41,293 nt of DNA. Origin: Holophagales bacterium. GTDB lineage: Bacteria; Acidobacteriota; Thermoanaerobaculia; Multivoradales; Multivoraceae. The notes under the pieces are model-generated. The model was given only the letters and a program-made list of their open reading frames with translations, was not told the DNA's origin and searched no databases. Positions 32,004 through 39,941 of this stretch are shown in pieces. The translations under genes and the position numbers were made by a program. Positions within the stretch are counted from its first letter, which is position 1; each line of letters begins with the position of its first letter. Where the stretch lies: positions 16,186-57,478 of the forward strand of contig VXUF01000077.1 of the NCBI GenBank assembly GCA_009837085.1. Reading direction: 5' to 3'.

Positions 32004-32156
32004 GGTCAAGATCCTCTGCCGGTGGCTCTGGAAGAGCTACAGGTGGTTGAAAGTCGGTCGGCGCCAGGGCCGGCCGAGCCGCTTTGGCCGCTTTTCGGCG
32101 GCAAGCTAACTGTCGAGAGTGACGAAGAAACGACCCATCGGGAGTCGATAGATGAC

Positions 32157-32179
32157 ATGAGAGCGACTGTCGCCCTCAT
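32157..32179. other. Near-perfect 23-bp palindrome (terminator hairpin or operator)
   Basis: ATGAGAGCGAC-T-GTCGCCCTCAT. The one mismatch is a G-U pair on the minus-strand RNA. Confidence 0.5.
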
Positions 32180-32233
32180 TCGAGTCCGCGGGGTGCTGCT
32201 GGAGGACTTGACGGCCGCAGACAGTCCGTCCTG

Positions 32234-32965
32234 CTACTTCCGCTTGCAGACGAACAGCTCGTACTCCCCCGGCTCGATCTCGGAGTGGTCGCACGGCACG
32301 GCTTCAGCCTCGAATCCGACGTCGGCCAGCAGGTCGAGCCAGTCGGCGCGTCGGAAGAGGCCCGTGACGTGCCGGTCGTGCATGACCTCGACGCTGCCGT
32401 CCTTTGAGCGCAGCACGAAGGCGTAGTCCGTCGTGATCATCGTGTCCCCGGGGTCCGGGTCCCATGTGTTCTCGAGGTAGTGGGCGCTCCGGTCCTCTCC
32501 GTCGCAACCGCCGCAGTCGGTACTGGGCTGGAAGTTCTCGCGCAGGTGGTCGGGCGCGAAGAGGGCGGCGCCGCCGGGCCGGCAGTGGACCCAGGCGGTC
32601 TCGATGGCGGCGCGCAGGTCCTCGAGCGTCGTCATGTAGTCGATCGCGTCGTGGACGAAGACGCAGTCGAAGGTCCGGTCGAGCCGAACCGTCCGCATGT
32701 CGCCCTCGACGTGCCGGCACTCGGGATTGAGCTGCCGGCTCATCGCCAGCATGCCGGGCGACAGGTCGACCAGGGTCATCTCGAAAAGCGCCTTGAGGTG
32801 GGAGGCGTTGTGGCCGCCGCCGCTGCCGAGTTCAAGGACGGTCCGGGGAGCGGCGTCGCACGCTTCGAGCAGGTGTCGGCAGTAGATGCCGGCTTCCTCT
32901 TCGTACTCCTCGGGCGGCGAGATCAGCGGCCACCAGGGCGCGATTTCGGCGTAGAGCTTGGGCAA
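32234..32965 (-). CDS. Class I SAM-dependent methyltransferase
   Basis: VLELGSGGG, LVDLSPGML, GDMRTVRL and FDCVFVHDAIDY motifs. TTG start inferred just after the GPP34 stop. Confidence 0.9.
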   Translation of the reverse strand: MPKLYAEIAPWWPLISPPEEYEEEAGIYCRHLLEACDAAPRTVLELGSGGGHNASHLKALFEMTLVDLSPGMLAMSRQLNPECRHVEGDMRTVRLDRTFDCVFVHDAIDYMTTLEDLRAAIETAWVHCRPGGAALFAPDHLRENFQPSTDCGGCDGEDRSAHYLENTWDPDPGDTMITTDYAFVLRSKDGSVEVMHDRHVTGLFRRADWLDLLADVGFEAEAVPCDHSEIEPGEYELFVCKRK

Positions 32966-32967
32966 GG

Positions 32968-33669
32968 TCAGCCGGAGTTCGAGGAGGTCGAGGAGGCGAT
33001 GATGGCGGGCATGACGGCGGCCGCGGCGACGGCGGCCTGCGCGGCTTCGACGGCGTTGGCGGTGGCGCGGCCGATGACGTCTCCCTTCACCAGGCTCTTG
33101 AGACGCTGCTTCCGGGGCCTCAGTTCCCCGCGGCCGAAGGTCGGGTTGAGCAGACCGACCGCGTGGGCGAGCGCGGCCAGGACGACCGTCCGCGGTTCGA
33201 CCTCCCGGTCGTCGCTGAAGATCGCGGTCCGCAGGCGTTCGATGATCTCCCGTTCGGGACCCGGGTCGATCTCCGGGAAGACGCGCCGCTTGAAGATGAG
33301 CAGGATCTCCTGCTCGTCCGCTCGCAGGATGCGCCGCGCGCAGAGTTGCTCGGCGACCCGGTGGTGGAGCTTCCTCATGGAGGAGAAGCGTGTGATCCAC
33401 GTCTGGATCGAGGCCCGCCGTTGGGCGGACCGGATTCTCTTCAGGCACTCGTTGAGGATGGAGTCGTCGGTGCGGCGGCTGTCGCGGACCTCGACCAGCT
33501 TGCGCCAGCGGCGCGACTCGTCGATGCGGATGCGTTCCTGCAGCAGCAACTCGGCGGCGATCGCGCCGCCGAGTCCGATGCTCGTGTGGGCGCCGCCCAG
33601 GGTGCCCTTCGTGTCGTGCAGGGCGAGGAGCAGGAGCTCTTCGTGGAGATGGAGTTGGTCGGGGTGCAT
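32968..33669 (-). CDS. GPP34 / GOLPH3-like protein
   Basis: LHLHEELLLLALHDTKG, GAIAAELLL, and LIFKRRVFP...ERLR..I pattern. Confidence 0.82.
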   Translation of the reverse strand: MHPDQLHLHEELLLLALHDTKGTLGGAHTSIGLGGAIAAELLLQERIRIDESRRWRKLVEVRDSRRTDDSILNECLKRIRSAQRRASIQTWITRFSSMRKLHHRVAEQLCARRILRADEQEILLIFKRRVFPEIDPGPEREIIERLRTAIFSDDREVEPRTVVLAALAHAVGLLNPTFGRGELRPRKQRLKSLVKGDVIGRATANAVEAAQAAVAAAAVMPAIIASSTSSNSG

Positions 33670-33678
33670 GGTGTGACT

Positions 33679-35481
33679 CTAGAACGCTTCGCTCCAGGGC
33701 CGGCTGAGCCGTAGTGCCGAGTTGATCAGGCCGACCATGGAGTAGGTCTGGGGGAAATTGCCCCAGAGTTCACCGGTCTCCGGATCGAGATCCTCGGAGA
33801 GGAGTCCCACCGGGTTGCGCCGTTCGAGCATCTGCTCGAAGAGTTCGTGAGCTTCCTCGCGGCGGCCGAGGGCGTTGATCGCGTCGATGTACCAGAAGCT
33901 GCAGACGGCGAAGGACGTGGCCGGGGCGCCGAAGTCGTCTTCCCTGTAGCGGAAGAAGTTGTGGCCTGAGCGAAGCGATTCGAGGGATTCGACGGTGGCC
34001 GCGAAGCGGGGGTCTTCGGCGTCGAGGAAGCCGAGGTCGTGGAGAAGGAGCAGGCTAGCGTCGATCCCTTCGCCGTCGAGGGTGGCGGCGAGACGGCCTC
34101 CGGTCTCCGCGTTCGTGAGGATGTGCCGGCGGATGGAAACGGCCCGGTTCGTCCAGTGCGTGTCGCGGTCGGTGAGGCCGAGGACCCTGGCGATGCGCGC
34201 CAGCCGGTCGCAGGCGGCCCAGCACATGACGCTTGAGAAGGTGTGTACCGCGCTCCGTTGCCGGAACTCCCAGAGGCCGGCGTCGGGCTGGTCGAACAGG
34301 CCGGCCGCCTGGTCGCCGAGCTGCTCCAGCCAGCCGAACACCCGCCGGTTGCCCGGCTTGACCAGCCGCCGGTCGAAGAAGCTCTGGGTGACAGAGAGGA
34401 TCGCGCTGCCGTAGCTGTCGTTCTGGAGCTGGCGCCAGGCGTCATTGCCGACTCGCACCGGCCCCATGCCGCGGTAGCCCGGCAGGCCGTCGACGGTGCG
34501 TTCGGTGAGTTCCCGCTCGAACTTGATCCCGTAGACCGGCTGCAGCACGCCGCCCTCGGCGGCCGCGGCGAGGTTCGTGATGTAGCCGAGGTAGCCCTCC
34601 ATCGTGCGTGTGGCGCCCAGGCGGTTGAGCGCCTGGACGACGAAGTGGGAGTCCCGCAGCCAGCAGAAGCGGTAGTCCCAGTTGCGCCCGCTGTCCGGCG
34701 CTTCGGGAATCGACGTCGTCATCGCCGCGAGTACGGCCCCGGTCTCCTCGAAGCTGCAGAGCTGAAGCGTGATCGCGGCCCTGATCACCGCCTCCTGCCA
34801 TTCGAAGGGCACGGCCAGGTGACGCACGAACTCGCGCCACCAGGTTTCCGTCCGGCTCCGGAACTCTCGCGCCACGGAGTCCACGGGCTCGGTCAGGCTC
34901 TCGTCCGGCCCGAGCAGCAGGGTGAGAGGCTGCTCCAGGACGAAGGAGATCTCGTCGGTGATCAGCGAGACCGGCGCGTCGGTGGTCAACCGGAGCGTCA
35001 GATCCGGCCCGACGTAGCGGATGTGGTTGCTGCCACGGGTGACTTCCGGGCGGCGTGACCCGTAGTCGAAGCGGGGTCGCAGCCGGATGCGGATCCGCGG
35101 TTCGCCGGAGAGCCGCTCGATCGTGCGGACGATCATCGTCGGCCGGAAGGAGCGCCCGAACTGCTCGAACCGCGGTGCGAAGTCCGTGATCCGGACCGCG
35201 GCGCCGTTGCCGTCGCGGAGCGTCGTCACCAGGATCGCCGTGTTGTCGAGGTACTGCTGCTCGCTCTCCCGGAATCCCTCGAGCAGGATGTCGAAGAAGC
35301 CGCCAGCCTCCGGATCGACATCGCTGTCGCCGTTGCCGCCCAGGAGTGAATGGAACACGGGGTCCCCGTCGAAGTGGGGCAGGCAGGCCCAGCAGATCCG
35401 GCCGCGCGGGTCGATCAGCGCTCCGAAGCCGCAGTTGCCGATCACGCCGCCGTCGAGCGGCCGGACGCCGTCCCTCGTCAT
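33679..35481 (-). CDS. Glycoside hydrolase family 15 (probable trehalase)
   Basis: IGNC..GAL, AAMTTSIPE, RNWDYRFCWLRD, DAGLWEFR, GLLSED and GNFPQTYS motifs. Confidence 0.93.
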   Translation of the reverse strand: MTRDGVRPLDGGVIGNCGFGALIDPRGRICWACLPHFDGDPVFHSLLGGNGDSDVDPEAGGFFDILLEGFRESEQQYLDNTAILVTTLRDGNGAAVRITDFAPRFEQFGRSFRPTMIVRTIERLSGEPRIRIRLRPRFDYGSRRPEVTRGSNHIRYVGPDLTLRLTTDAPVSLITDEISFVLEQPLTLLLGPDESLTEPVDSVAREFRSRTETWWREFVRHLAVPFEWQEAVIRAAITLQLCSFEETGAVLAAMTTSIPEAPDSGRNWDYRFCWLRDSHFVVQALNRLGATRTMEGYLGYITNLAAAAEGGVLQPVYGIKFERELTERTVDGLPGYRGMGPVRVGNDAWRQLQNDSYGSAILSVTQSFFDRRLVKPGNRRVFGWLEQLGDQAAGLFDQPDAGLWEFRQRSAVHTFSSVMCWAACDRLARIARVLGLTDRDTHWTNRAVSIRRHILTNAETGGRLAATLDGEGIDASLLLLHDLGFLDAEDPRFAATVESLESLRSGHNFFRYREDDFGAPATSFAVCSFWYIDAINALGRREEAHELFEQMLERRNPVGLLSEDLDPETGELWGNFPQTYSMVGLINSALRLSRPWSEAF

Positions 35482-36281
35482 CGGCTCTCGAGCCTCTCGC
35501 CGAGCGCCTCCAGCCAGCGGTGCAACTCGCGCACTCCGCTCAAGGCGTACTGCGCGTTGCTCGTGCGGCCGGTTTCGCGTTGAAGGCCCACCACGATCGC
35601 GGCGCCGCCGTAGCTCTGTGCCGCGGCGAATCCGTCTTCGTCCGTGATGTCGTCGCCGATGAAGACGGGCACACGGTCGCGGAACGGCGCTTCGTCCATG
35701 AAGTCCTCCACGACGGTGCGCTTGTTCGGGCGATGCGGCTTCAACTCCAGCACCATCTTGCCCTCCTGGACTCCGTAGGCGGGGCCCAGGGAGGTGCGGA
35801 TCCTCTCCATCACCTCGCGCGCCGCCGTCTCGGCGCCGGCCGCGCGCCGGTAGTGGAGCGCCAGCGTCGCTGACTTGTCTTCGAGCAGGGTGCCGGGGTG
35901 CGCGGCGGCGAATCGCTCCAGCTCGCGGCGGGCCGGGCCGAGCGCAAGGGCTCCGTCCGTCCGGTTCACATGGCCGGCGGCGGATCTGCGTTCCAGACCG
36001 TGCAACCCGGCCGCCGGCAGCTCCAGCGGCGCGAAGAAGCGGTCGAGAACGTCCAGGGGGCGTCCGCTGGCAAGCGCCAGCGCGCCGTTGAGACATCGGC
36101 TAAGGCGGGCCAGCAGGCCGCCGACATGCTCGTCGACGTGGACGGCGTCGGGCGCGTCCGCGATCTCGATCAGGGTGCCGTCGACATCCAGGAACAGGGC
36201 CCACGACGCCGGCGGCGGCATCTCGGAACCCGCGTCCAGGAGTGTCCATGCGGCTTGCGGAGGATGCGCTCTCTGGTTCAC
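35478..36281 (-). CDS. otsB: Trehalose-6-phosphate phosphatase
   Basis: HAD motif LFLDVDGTL, ASGR, AGLHGLE, EDK..LALHYR, GKMVLELKP and FIGDDITDEDGF. Confidence 0.95.
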   Translation of the reverse strand: MNQRAHPPQAAWTLLDAGSEMPPPASWALFLDVDGTLIEIADAPDAVHVDEHVGGLLARLSRCLNGALALASGRPLDVLDRFFAPLELPAAGLHGLERRSAAGHVNRTDGALALGPARRELERFAAAHPGTLLEDKSATLALHYRRAAGAETAAREVMERIRTSLGPAYGVQEGKMVLELKPHRPNKRTVVEDFMDEAPFRDRVPVFIGDDITDEDGFAAAQSYGGAAIVVGLQRETGRTSNAQYALSGVRELHRWLEALGERLESR

Positions 36282-36319
36282 ACGGCCCGCCTCCGAGATC
36301 CCTTACGATACTGGAACCG

Positions 36320-37717
36320 ATGGCCTCCCAGAATGTGCCGGCTGCTCAGCAGTCGGAGCTCGTGATCGTCGCCAACACCCTGCCCGTGCGCCGCGAGGAG
36401 GTGGATGGGGAACTGGGCTGGGCGCAAAGCCCCGGCGGCCTCGTCAGCGCCCTGTCGCCGATCGTCCGGGAGGCGGGCGGGTGCTGGGTCGGCTGGACCG
36501 GCGGCGCCGACGACGCGCCCGAGCCGTTCCGCCACGAGGACATCCTGAACGTGGCGGTGCCGGTGTCGGAGGCCGAAGTCGCCGGTTCGTACCAGGGGAT
36601 GTGCAACTCGACCCTTTGGCCGCTCTACCACGACGCGGTGCGGCCGCCCGAGTACCACCGCCACTGGTGGAACCCCTACGTCGCGGTCAACCGGCGCTTC
36701 GCCGAGGAGGCGGCGCGCCGGACGGCGCCCGGGGGCCGCGTGTGGATCCAGGACTACCACCTGCAGCTCGTGCCGCGCATGCTGCGTGAGCTGCGGCCGG
36801 ATGTCAGCTCCGGCTTCTTCCTCCACATTCCGTTCCCGCCGATCGAGCTGTTCCTGCGCCTGCCCTGGCGGCGGGCGGTGCTGGAGGGCCTGCTAGGCGC
36901 CGACGTGATCGGCTTCCAGACCCCTGCCGGCGCCTACAACTTCACGCGGCTCGCCGACCGGCTGATCGAGGCCGAGCCTCAGGGCGAGACGATTCGCTAC
37001 CAGGGGCGTGACATCCGGGTCGGCGCCTTCCCGATCTCCATCGACACGGACCGCTACGCGAACGCGGCGCTGTCGCCCGAGATCCGGGAGCGGGCCGAGC
37101 AGCTTCAGCAGCTTCGCCGCGGCCGCAAGATCATCCTCTCGGTCGACCGCCTCGACTACACGAAGGGCATCGACCTGCGGCTCAAGGCGTTCCTCGAGTG
37201 GTTGGGCCGCGAGGACCGGTCGATCCGCGACGCGGTCATGGTCCAGGTCGCCGTGCCGAGCCGAGAGCGCATCTCGGAGTACCAGATCCTGCGCCGCGAC
37301 GTTGAGGAACTCGTCGGCCAGATCAACGGGGAGTACGGCGAACTGGGCGTGGTGCCGGTGCAGTACTTCCGGCGCAACCTGCCGTTCGAGGAGCTGATCG
37401 CCTTCTACCTCGTCGCCGACGTCATGCTCGTGACGCCGCTCTGCGACGGCATGAACCTGGTGGCCAAGGAGTACGTCGCCACCCGGCTGGAGGACGACGG
37501 CGTCCTGGTGCTGAGCGAGTTCGCGGGCGCGGCCGCCGAGCTGCCGGACGCCCTGCTCGTGAACCCGCACGACGTGAACGCGATGGCCGCGACGATCGAG
37601 CAGGCGGTCACCCTCGACCCGGAGGACGGGTCGCGACGGATGAAGGCGATGCGCGAGGTCGTGCGCCGGCACTCCGTGCACGAGTGGGCGGCGCAGTTCA
37701 TCGAGGCCCTGGTCTGA
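36320..37717 (+). CDS. otsA: Trehalose-6-phosphate synthase
   Basis: PGGLVSAL, LWPLYH, WIQDYHL, FFLHIPFP, VDRLDYTKG, DGMNLVAKEY and LSEFAGAA motifs. Confidence 0.97.
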   Translation: MASQNVPAAQQSELVIVANTLPVRREEVDGELGWAQSPGGLVSALSPIVREAGGCWVGWTGGADDAPEPFRHEDILNVAVPVSEAEVAGSYQGMCNSTLWPLYHDAVRPPEYHRHWWNPYVAVNRRFAEEAARRTAPGGRVWIQDYHLQLVPRMLRELRPDVSSGFFLHIPFPPIELFLRLPWRRAVLEGLLGADVIGFQTPAGAYNFTRLADRLIEAEPQGETIRYQGRDIRVGAFPISIDTDRYANAALSPEIRERAEQLQQLRRGRKIILSVDRLDYTKGIDLRLKAFLEWLGREDRSIRDAVMVQVAVPSRERISEYQILRRDVEELVGQINGEYGELGVVPVQYFRRNLPFEELIAFYLVADVMLVTPLCDGMNLVAKEYVATRLEDDGVLVLSEFAGAAAELPDALLVNPHDVNAMAATIEQAVTLDPEDGSRRMKAMREVVRRHSVHEWAAQFIEALV

Positions 37718-37722
37718 CGCCC

Positions 37723-38907
37723 ATGGAACGCCCCGTCAGCGACGCGGAAGCGGGGTTCGAGGTAGGCGCGGGTTTCGAACGCTTCTCGCAGAAGGACGAC
37801 GTCTTCTGCCGCTCGTTCTGGGACCCCGAGGTGAGGACCTCCCGCTCGGACATGTTCTACGAGACGTACCGTACGCCGGAGCTGCGCTGGCGCCCGGTCG
37901 AAGGGTTCACGCGGCGCGACTACGCGCTTCGCAACGCTTCCTGGCACGTAACCGATCTGTTCGCGGAGTTCAGGGAAGGCGCCGACCGTCGCGAGGGGTT
38001 CCTCGACCCCTACACGGTGCTCCGGGACGGTCCGGGTCCGCCAGACGAGAGCGACGAGCCGGAAGAGGTCCTCGCCGCCCGGCTTGCCGTCGATCTCAAG
38101 ACCGCCGCCCGCGCGCTGGGCGCCGACCTGGTCGGGATCACCGGACATGACGAGCGCTGGGTGTACACGCACGCGTACTCGAGGGAAACCGAGACGGAGA
38201 AGCCCCAGGAGCTTTCGGGCGAACTCGGGAACGTCGTCGTCATCGCGCAGGCGATGGACCGGAAGCTGGTGCAGACCGTGCCGTCGGCCCTGAGCGGGAC
38301 GGCGACGGGCGTCGGCTACAGCAGCGACACGGTCGTGCTGCTCGCGATCGCCCAGTACATCCTGAACATGGGCTACGCCGCGGTGCCAACGATGAACGAC
38401 ACGGCTCTGGCGATTCCGCTGGCGATCAAGGCGGGGCTGGGCGAGTACGGCCGTCACGGTCTGCTGATCACCAGGGAGTTCGGCCCCAGGGTGCGGCTCG
38501 GGAAGATCTTCACGGACATGCCTCTGGCGCACGACCGTCCACGGCGCTTCGGCGTGCGCGAGACCTGCGAAGTGTGCCGCGCATGCTCGGATGCGTGCCC
38601 ACCGAAGGCCATCGCGATGGACGCGCCGTCGGACCGCGTCTACAACATCTCCAACATCCGCGGCGTCAGGAAGTGGACGACGGACGCCGAGAAGTGCTTC
38701 CGGTTCTGGTCGAACCAGAACACCGACTGCTCGATCTGCGTCCGGGTCTGCCCCTACAACCGGGACTACTCGAAACGTCTCAGCCGGCTCTGGCGGTGGA
38801 TGGCGGGGACCGGCCTGCGCCGGCTCGCCCTCTGGCTCGATCGCCTCAGCGGGCGTGGGCGGAGGGTTGCTCCGGACACGTGGTGGGGCGGCGGGGATTA
38901 TAACTAA
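37723..38907 (+). CDS. Reductive dehalogenase-like cobalamin / 2x[4Fe-4S] protein without a TAT signal
   Basis: LGADLVGI..DERWVY, AIPLAIKAGLGEYGRHGLLITREFGPRVRLGKIFTD, CEVCRACSDACP and KC..FW...DCSICVRVCP. Confidence 0.85.
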   Translation: MERPVSDAEAGFEVGAGFERFSQKDDVFCRSFWDPEVRTSRSDMFYETYRTPELRWRPVEGFTRRDYALRNASWHVTDLFAEFREGADRREGFLDPYTVLRDGPGPPDESDEPEEVLAARLAVDLKTAARALGADLVGITGHDERWVYTHAYSRETETEKPQELSGELGNVVVIAQAMDRKLVQTVPSALSGTATGVGYSSDTVVLLAIAQYILNMGYAAVPTMNDTALAIPLAIKAGLGEYGRHGLLITREFGPRVRLGKIFTDMPLAHDRPRRFGVRETCEVCRACSDACPPKAIAMDAPSDRVYNISNIRGVRKWTTDAEKCFRFWSNQNTDCSICVRVCPYNRDYSKRLSRLWRWMAGTGLRRLALWLDRLSGRGRRVAPDTWWGGGDYN

Positions 38908-38910
38908 ACG

Positions 38911-38939
38911 TTGACAAACAGCGGGATTCTCGGTAGGGT
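38911..38939 (+). promoter_or_regulatory. Sigma70 promoter of the transposase, TTGACA-N17-TAGGGT
   Basis: Perfect -35 box and 17-nt spacer. GGAGG RBS before the ATG at 38970. Confidence 0.7.
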
Positions 38940-38969
38940 GTTCACCACACCGGACGGAGGAACCCGACA

Positions 38970-39941
38970 ATGACCGAGATCACCCAGAAAGCTCCCGGCA
39001 AGCACTACCGCGAGGGCATCTCACTGTTCAAGCTGCATCGGCTGTTTCCCAACGAAGAAGCGGCCCGGAAGTGGTTCGAGTCGGCCCTCTGGGGTAACGA
39101 GCGCCACTGCCCGCGCTGCGGCGGCAATCGGACGCGGGAAGCCTCGCATCGCTTCATGCCGTACTGGTGCACGGACTGCCGGAAGTACTTCAGCGTCAAG
39201 GTCGGCACCGTCATGGAGGCGTCCAAGCTTCCGCTGTTGACCTGGCTGTATGCGATCTACCTCGAAGCGGCGAACCTCAAGGGAGTCTCCAGCATGGAGC
39301 TTCACCGCGCCCTCGACATTTCGCAGAAGTCCGCATGGTTCGTTCTCCACCGCATCCGGGCGGCGTTCAAGGACGGTTCGTTCTCAAAGCTCGAAGGCAT
39401 CGTTGAGGTGGACGAGATGTTCGTAGGCGGCAAGCAGAAGAATCGACACAAGAAGGACCGCGACCGCTTCCGGGACGGAGACGGCGGCGGCTCGTCGTCG
39501 TTCTTCGGCAAGAAGCCCGTCATCGGGGCGATCTCGCGCGACGGCAAAGCGGTTGCAGCTCCGATCGACTCCACGGACGGCAAGACCCTGACCCGGTTCG
39601 TCGAGGCCAGCGTGAAGCACGGCAGCCGCGTCTACACCGACGATCACGGCGGCTACGGCGACCTCATGGAGACGTACATGCACCGTACCGTCCGGCACTC
39701 CCTCGGCGAGTACGTCCGCTCCGTGGACGTGCACACGAACACGATCGAGTCCCTGTGGTCCATGTTCAAGCGCGGGTTCGTCGGGAAGTACCACCGGATG
39801 AGCTTCAAGCACCTGCACCGCTACGTCGATGAGTTCGTCTGGCGGCGCAACGTCCGCGACCTCGACACGATGGAGCAGATGGTCGAGATGGTGCGGGGCA
39901 TGGCGAACCGGAGACTCCGCTACGCCGATCTGGTCGCCTAG
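38970..39941 (+). CDS. IS1595-family transposase
   Basis: Zn ribbon CPRC...CTDCRKYFSV, HTH GVSSMELHRALDISQKSAW and catalytic VEVDE, VYTDD, HTNTIESLWS, Y.DEF.WR.N. Confidence 0.95.
   Translation: MTEITQKAPGKHYREGISLFKLHRLFPNEEAARKWFESALWGNERHCPRCGGNRTREASHRFMPYWCTDCRKYFSVKVGTVMEASKLPLLTWLYAIYLEAANLKGVSSMELHRALDISQKSAWFVLHRIRAAFKDGSFSKLEGIVEVDEMFVGGKQKNRHKKDRDRFRDGDGGGSSSFFGKKPVIGAISRDGKAVAAPIDSTDGKTLTRFVEASVKHGSRVYTDDHGGYGDLMETYMHRTVRHSLGEYVRSVDVHTNTIESLWSMFKRGFVGKYHRMSFKHLHRYVDEFVWRRNVRDLDTMEQMVEMVRGMANRRLRYADLVA

Noticed and set aside
32968-33669. GPP34/GOLPH3 as a eukaryote-derived gene
   Set aside because: Bacterial GPP34-family proteins are widespread, and the composition here matches the host genes.
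37723-38907. Epoxyqueuosine reductase QueG
   Set aside because: The N-terminal region and the GADLVGI/DERWVY motifs resemble RdhA-type enzymes rather than QueG. Not fully excluded without a phylogeny.
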